From assembly GCF_036971445.1 (NCBI RefSeq), contig NC_091481.1:11160001-11224000 (forward strand): a DNA stretch of 64,000 bases, given 5' to 3'. How positions within the stretch are numbered: the stretch's first letter is position 1; every line of letters starts with the position of its first letter. The notes below the pieces were generated by a model. The model had not been told where the DNA came from. It ran no database searches and saw only the letters and a list, made by a program, of their open reading frames with translations. This document shows, piece by piece, positions 52,701 through 63,200 of the stretch. The position numbers were made by a program, and so were the translations under genes. This DNA is from Narcine bancroftii (taxonomy: Eukaryota).

Positions 52701-55700
52701 CTGGGACTATTGTGAACCTGAGGTTGTGCTCTTTATCTTTAACTTTCACCTTGAGTTTATGTGTACTTTTCGTGTCGAGGCTCTGTCCATTCTAGGCTTT
52801 TGAGCTGTACAAGATTTGCATGGATGTATAGCTTTATCTTAATTGCCCTGATGTTGTGCTCATAGATCAAATTGACCTTTGCCTGTGTCCATCTTGAAAG
52901 GAATATGTTTCATTTGTATGGAATCCACTCGTCCTGTTCGATTCTGTTCACACTTGGCTCTTTCAGTCTTTCTACACTACCATGCCCACAAATTGTGTCA
53001 CTGAGAGAAGTTTCTTCTATAGAGCGTACAATGTGCACGGTTCCACTTCTGTTTTGTTTCCCTTTTGAAAAACATCACTTTGCATAATGATTCTGCCCTT
53101 TGAATTTATTACAGACCTTTTCATAGGCAGGGCATTGTTTTGGCGTATGTTCTCTTACAAATGAATGTCTCTCTTTTTTGTTGTTTCGTATGTCTCATTT
53201 TTTTGTATGTGTGGGTGGACATATACTGTGGCTATGGCTATGCCTTTGTTTTCACTGGCTTTTACACTCTCACCGAAACATTTTGCATATTGCAGAGCTA
53301 ATTCACTGGTGTGGCATATCTTCACAGCTCCAGCTAAGGTAAGCTCTGTTTCTCACAGCAACCTCTCTCTTACTTACCTAACAATAATCCTGAACACAAT
53401 TTGAATACAGATCATTGAATCTTGCAGTGGTCCAAAATTACGTTCTTGCTTTTAATTTCAAGTCTGTTAAAAAAGTGTCAAAGCTCTCTCCCTGCAGCTG
53501 CGTGTGCAAGCAAAACATGTACCTCTCAAACGTTTCATTTTCCTTTGAACAGTGTTCATCAAACATCTTGATAACCATGTCAAACTTGCCCTGATCTTCT
53601 GCCTCAGCAAAAACAAATGTATTGAAAACCTCTAGCTTGAGCTCCCACCATGGTAAGTAGCATTTCAATCTTCCATGCATCATGTTTGCTATCGAGTCCA
53701 ATGGTTCGTAGGAAAGGCATGAATCTTTGTTTAAACAACCTCCACTCGTGGTTGACATTTCCAGTTCAATTTACACCATCAGGAGCACTCATATTTTCCG
53801 TTTTTCTGCTGCAATTGACTGATTCTCACTCTGCACATTCCTGGTGTTTCTTCTACTCCTGGTACCATGTGATGTTTCTTTTAATGAAACTTAGGTTCTT
53901 TAAAAACTATATTAACTAAAAATCTCACTCAGGACCATGTGGAGGCATCCATTTTGAATCATCCTAAACTGTAACCAACTAGTCTCCAACTCCCTCTAGT
54001 GGTCAGAAGGATGACTAGCAATCTATTACTACATTATGGAACTGCATTTACCTTGAAAAATATTGGTCAGTCATTGCCATTTCTGGGCCATGGCATGTTA
54101 GGCCAGAAGCCAGGTGGGTCTTAGACCAAAAAAGGTTGAGAATGACTGGTTTAAACATTACAGGATTTAATTGATATTTTGTATCTTCTTTCTTTCAAAA
54201 TTCCTCATTCTTAAAATTTATATTCATTATGACCATATTCTAAAAACTATTACTATTTCATCCTTACTGAAGATTAATTTGATGGCTGATTCCAGAAGTG
54301 GAAAAGGAGGCCATTTTTACTGTTGTTGGTAGAAACTATTGCATAGACAAGCTTAATAAAAGAAAATACTCAATAAAGATCAGCTCTTTACCTTTTACAC
54401 CATCTCTCAATAAACAAATCTCTGGAAAGAAAAAGCACAAATTAGAGTCTGTTCCTCTCAAGGAATGGCACATGGTGTAGGTGGAATGGTCTCAGACTAC
54501 TTCCTTGGTGGGGAGTGCCATATACGTTCAGTAATAGCAGCAGCAGATTCTACATGACCATGTACGGTAAGTAACAATATTGATATTATTGACCAGTCCA
54601 CCACAACACTCAAGATACACTGACAAAAGAAAAAGAAATAACATTATTATGTGGACCTAATAGCCTGGGTCAGAGTCTGCAGTAGTTTGATGTTCCATTT
54701 ACTTAAGTATCTCAGTATTAATGGTTCTTGCTTCCTTTCTCTCAAATGATTAGTCAGGTGCTGAACTTAGATCTGCTTTTAGGAGGCTTACGTCCACAGC
54801 CATATTAACTCTTGGATTTCAACTCAACCTTCAGAGAAGATATAAAAAGAATTGTGGAACGCCAAATGCTTGTATTGGTAATGGGAAAATTACTTTGGCA
54901 ATAGGAATGCAGAATGAAATCATAACTATAACGTATGTCAAATATATACACATATATCTTGCTAAAGACAATTTTCTTGGTTGATCAACTAACGTCACTG
55001 AATCAGTCTGTATTTTACACTTTTAATATTCACCACTTTTTAGCTATCAAGTTCTAAATTTGTGTGAGAAGCACAAGTAATGATTTTCAGATTCATGTTT
55101 TTGGAGAAGATTCTTCCCAAACATTCGATTTGTACCTAACCATCATGTAGTTTGTGTGGCGACCTCCCAATTTTCTTGAGCATTTTACTCACCCTCTTCA
55201 AGAGCTGGTCGCTTCTTGTTTTTTATTTTCCAATGTAAAAATCCACCTGCAATTAGAACAATCAGCCCTGCAGGTCCAACGACATAAATTAGGCCATTGC
55301 CATTGATTCCATTTTGCTGTGTGATATCTAGGATGGTTGGATCAAGAAAGACCAAATGATGAAAGTGACCCCAAAGGAATGGAGCTAAAACATAATCACA
55401 AGACCGTCCATTCAAACAGATCTAGTTAAGTCAAACTTTATTGTCATCTGATTGTACAAGTACAACCTGACGAAACAGTGTTCTCCGGTCCTCGGTGAAA
55501 AACCGACATAACCCACATACAAGCAATACATATGCAGGACAGGTATTCATATATACAAATAAATAAATAAATATTGCTTCAGAAATATGAGAGTCTTGAA
55601 TAGTTGGTGTGAGCAGTTCCTTTGGTCATTTGGCGTTCTCACTGCTGTTTCTCAGCCTGGTGGTTTTGCCTCTGATACTCCTATATCTCTTTCCCAATCT

Positions 55701-58636
55701 ATGTGCAGGGTTGAAGGGGTCCTTAATGATTTTCTGCACCCTCTTCAGACAACAATCCTGCTACATGATACTGGGTGGGTGGGGGGCAGGGGGGGAAACT
55801 TTAGTGATCCTCTCTGTCGCTCTTATAGTCTTGTGGATTGACCTCCAATCTATTTCTCTGCAGCAACCATGCCACACTGTGATGTAGCCAGCCAGGATGC
55901 TCTCCATAGAGCTCCTGGTAGTTATAGTAATGTGTACACGATATAGTTAGTACAGTGAAACCTTGTTAGAATGCGGTTGTTGGGGTCCAAGATTTCATAC
56001 CCCATTACAACCGAGTCGTGGAATAGATGCATATATGTGGCTGGAAACCCACCAAAGCGGTTACCATCTTTACTGCCTCCTCAGTTCAGGAACCATTCAT
56101 ACCCAGTCGAGCCTCCATGTAGTAAAAGTGCAGATATTGTGGTTGAAGTAAAAACACAAAGTTGGTGAAAATGAGCAGGTCAAGCACTTTCATTTATAAA
56201 GTTTGGGCTCCACAGACACTTGCACTATAAGCGATTCTGCGGATTAACGAATTGCATTCTAACAAGGTTTCACTGTATTTAGAAATAGGATTGCTAAAAT
56301 CTGGAATGCAGTTAAGTAAAATTAGTATAAGCCAAAGTGTTATATTTAAGCAATGTTGTAAAAATGCTATAGGGTTATGGCCACCTTCTCCAAAGTAAAA
56401 TATGGAACTCAACAAATCTTTGAGCAGTCATTTTATTTTCAGTCACAAGATGTCATGCACTCACCAAATAATTTCAGTTCCACTGTGTTCTCTACCTGGA
56501 ATATTCCTTCTTCATCAACAACATAGCAAGTGTAGTTACCCACATCAGATAACGACATTGCATTTAACTTTATGCTCGCATTCCCTTTGGGTAATTCCAT
56601 CAGAAACAGCTGACTGCGGCCTCTATAAGTTGGGTTTTGGTCTTCTGAGTGATCCAAACCAGAGTAGAAACTGTGAACCACAGCCTGACTGTATGTCCGC
56701 TGCCACGAAATGACCAGATTGTTCAGATTGACCCAGGCTGCACTAGGGAAGGTGCAGGGCATGATGACATCTTCATTCAATATCCCATAGGAGATCGAGA
56801 AAGATGATGCACCTAGCGAAAATATAGATAGTTAAAAAGTGCATGTTACATTGGAGGGAGGGGGAAGTGTGACAGTGGAGCATGGTGGAGGTTCATGGCA
56901 GATAGGCACCACCCCCCTCATCTAAGCCAGTTTTCAAACATCAGATTGTGCCATCCGTGTAACCCTAATTAGATTTGTTCTGACGCCGACCCTGAAGATA
57001 CATAACCAATGTTATGGGCTTGAGCCCTTCACTAGGGTATGAGCAAAATTGCAGAAAAATTAGAGGGGCAGAGGGAGCACAGTCCCACAGGCAGAAGGTA
57101 GTGGTGGATAAGGGTGGGAAGGCAAACCTGCAAACAGGGGGAGGGGGGATGGGGGATGGCTCTGTGAATAAGAGGAAAGGGGTGGAGAGCTGGAGAAAAG
57201 AAGACAGAAGGATGGAGAAGAGAGGAAACTGGAGAAATCGACATTAATACCATCTGATTGGAGAATGCCAAGACAGAAAATCAGGTGTTGCTCTTCCAAT
57301 TTACGGGAGGCCAATGTACTATGAGACCATGTTGTCAGCGCAGGAGTGGGACATAGAATTGAAATGGTTGACCACTGGGTGATCCCTGTCTCTGAAGCGG
57401 ACAGAGCAAAGATGGTCAGCGAAGCAATCTCCCAGTCTGTGTCCAGTCTCTCCAATGTAGAAAAGGTCACAACAGGAGCACAGGATTCAGTAGATGACTC
57501 TCGTGGATATACAAGCAAAGTGCTGCTTCACTTGGAAGGATTGTTTAAGGGCCCTGAACAGTGGTGAGGGAGGAGGTATGGGCGCAGGTGAGGCACTTTC
57601 TGAGGCCGTGGGGAAAGGTGTCAAGGGGGTGATTCATAGGAAGGAATAAGCTGACAAGGGAGTCAGAGGGAGAGGTGAGGAAGGCGGAGAGATGAGAAGA
57701 AGTGAAGATGTGTCTGGTAGTCGGATCATGTTGAAGGTAGTGGAAATTACAGAGGATAATGTGCTGGAGGCTGGTAGTGAGGAGAATGGCCACAGGGAAC
57801 CAACCACTATATTCTTACTTCAGTGGTCATCCAACTATCTGCACCCTGAGCCTTGGGTATGATCACCTCACTCTAAAGGTGATCTATTATCTTCTCATAT
57901 CATCTGCAATTCATCCACCTGCAGCTGCATTTACCCAACATGGTCAGCAAAGAGCTGCACCATGCCACCTTCCCACCCCCACTTTCTCTCCCCCACCTTC
58001 CCTCCTCCCACACCACCACCTTCTCCCTTTCCCCCACCCTGCCACCTTCCCTCCCTCCACCCCTTCTTCCCCCACCCCGCCAACTTCCCTCCCTCCTCCC
58101 CACCCCGCCAACTTCCCTCCCTCCACCTCTTCTCCCCCCCACCCCGCCACCTTCCCTCCCTTTTCCCCTTCTCTCCAACCCGCCACCTTCCCTCCCTTTC
58201 CCCACCCAACACCTTCCCTCCCCAACCCCAGCACCTTCCCTCTCCCAACCCTGCCACCTTTTATCACCCCCACCCCACCACATTCTCTCCCCCCCACCCC
58301 ACCCCACCCCATCACTGACCATTTCTCACCACGACCCTGTCCCACCACCCCCTCCACTTGCAGACAATAGAGACACTGGAATTCACAATGATATCCCACA
58401 TCTTGCAGGATAAGCAAATCCCTGCCCTGATTGACATCTCTACTGTACTTCATCTGAAAAGATGAAAAACAACACTGAACCTGTCAGCCACTTTCCACTC
58501 ACTTCCGTTATTCCAGGTGCTGTACAACCTGTAGATAAAAAACCCGGCAAATACTCCCCAGAAATGAACACTCACCCAATTTAAACTCCCTGAAGAGAAA
58601 AAATGCCCACAGCAGCTTGTCCAAATGATGACCCAT
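43426..58636 (-). CDS. Transmembrane NLR: signal peptide - B7-type IgV - TM - NACHT - LRR - helical tail, 971 aa: join(58636-58576,56812-56465,55327-55193,54421-54392,48320-46607,45598-45512,45415-45248,43798-43426)
   Basis: Exon lengths 61+348+135+30+1714+87+168+373=2916 nt give one open frame. Every intron is GT-AG; phases are 1,1,1,1,2,2,2. Confidence 0.8.
44572..44745 (+). mobile_element. tRNA-derived SINE in an NLR intron
   Basis: A-box TAGTGGTTAGAGC and B-box GAGTTCATTCC in a tRNA-like head, followed by a non-tRNA body. Confidence 0.5.
45248..45598 (-). CDS. Two RI-like LRR exons (45598-45512, 87 nt; 45415-45248, 168 nt)
   Basis: [28 protein letters not shown] and [55 protein letters not shown]. 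Phase 2-2 with 28-29 aa periodicity, typical of NLR LRR exons. Confidence 0.88.
46607..48320 (-). CDS. NACHT exon (NBD, HD1, WHD, HD2 and first LRR)
   Basis: Walker A GDPGIGKS, Walker [11 protein letters not shown], sensor-1 LVTTR, NPL and [23 protein letters not shown], then [19 protein letters not shown]. Phase-1 acceptor tcttttcag; phase-2 donor TT|gtgagt. Confidence 0.95.
48635..54033 (-). mobile_element. Degenerate Gypsy LTR retrotransposon A
   Basis: LTRs 48635-48794 and 53868-54033 (TG...CA), PBS TGGTACCAGGAGTAG next to the 5' LTR, PPT near 48795-48803, gag remnant ([22 protein letters not shown]) and decayed pol. Confidence 0.85.
49793..52009 (-). mobile_element. Internally deleted Gypsy retrotransposon B nested in the RT of element A
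   Basis: 5' LTR 51722-52009, partial 3' LTR 49793-~50020, PBS TGGTGACCCCGAC, 4-bp TSD AATC. Gag N-terminus (VKLPEFW..PETW..EAQF) is fused to RT ([31 protein letters not shown]); RNase H remnant follows. Confidence 0.9.
54392..54421 (-). CDS. 30-nt juxtamembrane microexon (E)ICLLRDGVK
   Basis: Strong polypyrimidine acceptor gctttttctttccag, donor AAG|gtaaag, symmetric phase 1-1. Confidence 0.65.
55193..55327 (-). CDS. Transmembrane exon: [45 protein letters not shown]
   Basis: About 20 hydrophobic residues followed by a basic stop-transfer cluster. Acceptor atcctag, phase-1 donor G|gtgagt, no stop codon in the exon. Confidence 0.85.
55953..56275. mobile_element. Tc1/mariner-type MITE between the IgV and TM exons
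   Basis: 22-bp TIR CAGTGAAACCTTGTTAGAATGC with TA flanks. Confidence 0.8.
56465..56812 (-). CDS. IgV exon, B7/butyrophilin-family type (CD276/VTCN1/HHLA2-like)
   Basis: [21 protein letters not shown]....Q...[19 protein letters not shown]....SDVGNYTC. Canonical V-set Cys/Trp and DxGxYxC, with B7-type VVHSF, YRGR and GNAS motifs. Phase 1-1 exon of 348 nt. Confidence 0.92.
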
Positions 58637-59350
58637 GGCCCTAATAAGCAAAAATTAAACAAGTGGCATCTTTGAGCATCTTCCCTGCTCCCTTCTCCCC
58701 CCACCCAGCCACTGCTCTCCCCACCAATCTTCTCCCCGCTCTCCCCTGCCACCACTTTCTCCCACATCGACCCCCACCTCCCTCCTCCACCATCCCTCTC
58801 CTCCACCATCCCTCTCCCCCACCACCCACTCTCCCACCACCCTCCCCTCCACTCCGCCACCTTCTGGAGTGCAGTGGAGGTGTAGGAAGTGAAACAAAGA
58901 ACAATCAGCTTCTAGCAACAATGATTTCTGCACAAACTCACGATTTATTTTTTGTCATATTCTTCCAATCCCACTCTTTTGTCTGGACACTGGATTGCAA
59001 CTCGATCAAACAGTTCCATCTCAGCACTTTTAAATGGGTTTCTTGTTCTTGACAAGAAACTGCAAAGGGAAACAAGCTCAGGTTTGCCAGGTGACCTTGT
59101 ACATGTACAGGGCATGCCCTGTACTTAATGGTTTTGACTTTATCAGGATGCCTTAAATGTCCTGAATTAAGATTTTACACCCCACCCTCTCCTCTCTCCC
59201 CACCACCCCACCCTCTCCTCTCTCCCCACCACCCCACCCCCTCCTCTCTCCCCACCCTCCCCACCACCCCACCCCCCACTCTCCCCACCCCCCACTCTCC
59301 CCACCACCCTACCCTCTCTCCTCTCTCTCTCTCCCCCCCCCCCCAACACC
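57960..59350. repeat. C-rich low-complexity tracts (57960-58350, 58680-58860, 59180-59350)
   Basis: CCCACCCC/CCTTCCCTCC repeats; source of spurious Pro/Gly ORFs. Confidence 0.8.
58576..58636 (-). CDS. Leader (signal-peptide-like) exon of the Ig-TM-NLR gene: [20 protein letters not shown](G)
   Basis: Acceptor ttattag at 58641-2, Kozak GGCC-ATG-G, phase-1 donor G|gtgagt. It joins to (G)ASSFSIS of the IgV exon. The hydrophobic core is short, so signal function is only moderately supported. Confidence 0.62.
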
Positions 59351-59580
59351 CCACTCTTTCACCTTCTTCCGGAATGCACCAGAGATCTGGGGAGTGCAAC
59401 AAAGAACCGTCATGTCATATCGACGACGATTTCTGCACAAACTCACGGTTTATTTGAGTTCACAAGAATGATCTTCTCCCCTTCTTTTGTCTGGACACCG
59501 GACGGCAGCTGGATCGGGCTGTTCCCCCTCAGCCCTTGTCACCGAGTTGTTGACAAGAAACTGCGAAAGTGAAAGCAGAT
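58860..59580 (-). promoter_or_regulatory. Tandemly duplicated candidate promoter / non-coding exon 1 of the Ig-TM-NLR gene with IRF-type motifs
   Basis: 58860-59075 and 59365-59577 are diverged copies. Each has a gtgagttt donor (exon ends 58942 and 59447) and an upstream GAAA-repeat element: GAAAGTGAAAG at 59565-59575 and AAAGGGAAAC near 59064-59073. GGAAGTGAAAC at 58885-58895. Confidence 0.55.
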
Positions 59581-59889
59581 AATCAGGCTGATCAGGAGGT
59601 GTCTGCAACGGCGAAGCTCGGAATGTGAGGCGGCCCTGGCCTCAGTTGAAGCAGCGCAACTCCCGATCGTTCCTGCAGCAGTTGGCAAAGCCTTTGAGCC
59701 AGTGCAGGTCTCAGGCTGCGTTCCCGCCGACCTGGTTCAAGGTCTCATTCTGCTCCAGTTCCTTGTCAATGGGCGTTGAAGAACCAGCAGTTCTCATATC
59801 ATCTGCAATTCATCCACCTGCAGCTGCATTTACCCAACACGGTCACCAAAGAGCTGCACCTACCCACCCCCACTTTCTCTCCCCCCCCC

Positions 59890-60131
59890 CACACCTTCCC
59901 TCCTCCCACACCTTCCCTCCTCCCACACCTTCCCTCCTCCCACACCTTCCCTCCTCCCACACCTTCCCTCCTCCCACACCTTCCCTCCTCCCACACCTTC
60001 CCTCCTCCCACACCTTCCCTCCTCCCACACCTTCCCTCCTCCCACACCTTCCCTCCTCCCACACCTTCCCTCCTCCCACACCTTCCCTCCTCCCACACCT
60101 TCCCTCCTCCCACACCTTCCCTCCTCCCACA
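59890..60131. repeat. Perfect 17-bp minisatellite (CACACCTTCCCTCCTCC) x ~14
   Basis: Visible directly in the sequence. Confidence 0.95.
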
Positions 60132-60259
60132 CCACCACATTCTCCCTGTTGACAGGCCAGACTTCCTACCCATCCAAGGGAGTGGCCTCAGAAGGGAGTG
60201 TTGTCAAGTCCAAGAGGGCAGAAAATAAACACTTGGGCTCCCCATCAAGATTGGACAAT

Positions 60260-63200
60260 GAGAGGAGTCACGTGATGGAGTCGTGGCCAGTTGTGGAATA
60301 CCAAGCCTCTCCAGAAAAGAAGTAATAAAGTGAAGAAAATACAAAGTTCAATATCAAACACAACAAATAAAAGATAAAGTTGTAGAGAACAAAAAAATGG
60401 CACCCAAGAAGGAAAAAGTAAAAACAACGGGAAGAAAAGACGCCGGAAGAGAAAGGAGAAGAGAGCCCGTTCTCCGAGGTGGGTGATGACCCTGCAGAGT
60501 CGCGACCCCCCCCCCCCCCCCGACTGCTGGACTGCAAAAATGGCTCTCTGACCCAAACAAAAGTGCGCAGTGCACTGACTAAGGAGAACACCGACGGGAG
60601 GGGAGGCTCAGCCGAGGAGTGGGCAAACACAACTCGGCCGAGGGATGCTCGTCACCAGGGGTCTCAGCTAGAAGAAGAGGAAAGCGACAGGAAAGGGAGT
60701 GAAAGGAAAAAAGAGCAGCAGCAGGAGGCCCAACAGGTGAGTAGCCCAGAAGAGGCCAAGCAAGAAGCCCAGCAAAGTGAGGCAAGCAACTCATCAGGAA
60801 AGTCAGAAGAGACACAGATACAAGGCAGAGAAGAAGAAGACACAAACACAGGTACAGACACAGAAGAAGAGGAAGAAGAAGACCAAGATCTGCACAGAGA
60901 AATAGAAGGTAAAATAGATGGACAGAATAGAGATTTAAAAAATTTTCAAGAACAAATGAGAGCATTAAAAGAATGGTTGACATTAGAATTTAGTGAAATG
61001 AAAAGAAAAATGAAAAGTACAGAATAGGTTAAAGCTGGTCATGACAGAAATAGGGAAAAGTTTAGAAAATGTGGAAGAATGAGAAACTGTTGTAGAAATG
61101 GAAGTGAATGACTTAAGAAGAAAAATGGAAGAAAGTGACAAAAAAGATAAAGTGTCACAAGAGTTGTTAGCTCAGAAAATTGATATGTTTTTAAAATTGT
61201 TGGAAACAACATAAAAATAGTGGGCCTAAAAGAAGATGAAGAAGGCACAGGTATGAAGGAATTTATAAAAGAATGGATCCCAAAGGTCCTGGGAATGACA
61301 GAAATACAGGAAGGAATGAAAATAGAAAGTGCACACAGAACACTAGCCCCGAAACCACAGACACATCAAAAACCAAGATCCGTTTTAGTAAAATTTTTGA
61401 GAAAACGACAAGAGAAAATATACTGGAGCGGGCAAAGAATAAAATTAGAGAAGGCAATAAACCATTGGAATACAAGGGTCAAAAAGTATTTTTTTTACCC
61501 AGACATAAGTTTTGAACTCTTAAAGAAGAGAAAGGAGTTTAATACAGCAAAATCGATCCTATGGAAAAAAGGTTATAAATTTATGTTAAGACATCCAGCT
61601 GTGGTTAAAATATTTATACGTGGGGAGCAAAACAGACTGTTCTCGGATCCTGAGGAAGCATGAGAATTTGCAGAACACCTGCAGGACAGGAGGAGAGATG
61701 AAGAGTTGTAACAAGAATGAAGAATGGTGATAAAATATATATAAAGATGTAAAAATAATGTATATGTAAGAACTAAAGAAGGGAAGAAAGGGAGGGGAAA
61801 AAAGAGGGTGAACTTTGTTATATGTGTAAAAAAAAGTATTTTTGTGGGGGGGATTGGGTGCGAGAGAATAACCGTCACTGCGAAATCAGTTGACGCTTGC
61901 GAGCAGGTTCGCAATCCAAATGGAGAGGGGAGTTGTGGTTGCCCGGCAAGGGATAAGTGGCAACTCAGAGAGGGGGGTGGGGGGAACATTTGGGGCTAAG
62001 GGAATATTGGATGTGGGAGTTGTTGAAGTATTTTATGTATTAAATGTGTTGTCATACATTGAGTTTGAAAAGGGAAGACTGAGAGATGAAAATGGGGAAA
62101 AGGGGTGGTGGTGAAGAAGTGGAAATAAGGTGTAAACAGGATATGAGATGGCCATATTGAACTATATGACTATATGACTATAAATATTAATTGAATACAT
62201 AACCAAATTAAACGGAAGAAGCTGAAAAGATAAAAAAAATAGACATAGCATTTGTGCAGGAAATGCATCCAACTGAAGTGGAACATAATAAATTAAGGAG
62301 AGACTGGGTAGGACACGTAGCGGCAGCATCATATAATTCAAAAGCTAGAGGTGTAGCCATATTAATAAATAAAAATGTACCAATCAAAATAGAGAAGGAA
62401 ATAATAGATCCAACAGGGAGGTATGTAATGATAAAGTGTCAGGTATACTCAGAATTTTGGAATTTGCTCAATATATATGCACCTAATGAAGAGGATCAAA
62501 ATTTTATGCAAGTTTTTTTTAAGATTGTAGATACACAGAGGAATATATTGATAGGAGGGGATTTTAACCTTCATTTGGATAAAACTGAACAAAAGACTAG
62601 CAAAAAGAATAAAGTAGCCAAATTTATGGTTAAATCAATGCAGGAAATGAAACTTATGGATATATGGAGGAGGCAGCACCCAAGGGAGAAGGAATACTCA
62701 TATTACTCGAGTAGGCATAAAACATACTCAAGGATTGATATGTTTTTGTTGTCAACCCATATTCAAGGGAGAGTAAGATAAACTGAAAATAAAGCAAGAT
62801 TGCTATCAGATCATTCACTTAAAAGGCAGAAATTTAGAGAGTTTATTGAACGCCAAATTAAAATGTACATTGAAATAAATACGGAATCAGTGAAAGACAA
62901 ATTTATATTATGGGATGCAATGAAAGTTTTCATTAGAGGGCAGATAATAAGTTATGTAACTAAGATGAAAAAGGACTATAATCGGGAAATAGAATAGTTG
63001 GAAAGGGAGATAGTAAGCACAGAAAAGGAACTAGCAACAAAGGATGATATAACAAAAAGAGATTTGGCGGACAAAAAAATAAAACACGAAACATTACAAA
63101 CGTATAAGGTGGAGAAGAACATAATGAAAATAAAGCAAAAGTATTATGAACTAGGAGAAAAAACACACAAAATATTAGCCTGACAACTTAAAACAGAACA

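Larger units (their letters stand above)
48537..54148. mobile_element. hAT-type MITE split by the Gypsy insertions
   Basis: Perfect 15-bp TIR CAGTCATTCTCAACC (48537) / GGTTGAGAATGACTG (ends 54148). Confidence 0.6.

Noticed and set aside
58503-58528. 26-nt pseudo-exon with good-looking AG and GTGAGT sites just after the leader exon
   Set aside because: The upstream intron would be only 47 nt and the exon ends in phase 0, which is incompatible with the phase-1 IgV exon.
59610-59790. Coding-like GC-rich stretch (IDKELEQNETLNQVGG..DLHWLKGFANCCRNDRELRCFN) on the minus strand
   Set aside because: It has in-frame stops and I cannot identify a parent gene; a TBLASTX search would be needed.
59890-60131. 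CRISPR-like array
   Set aside because: The units are contiguous with no spacers, and the context is eukaryotic.
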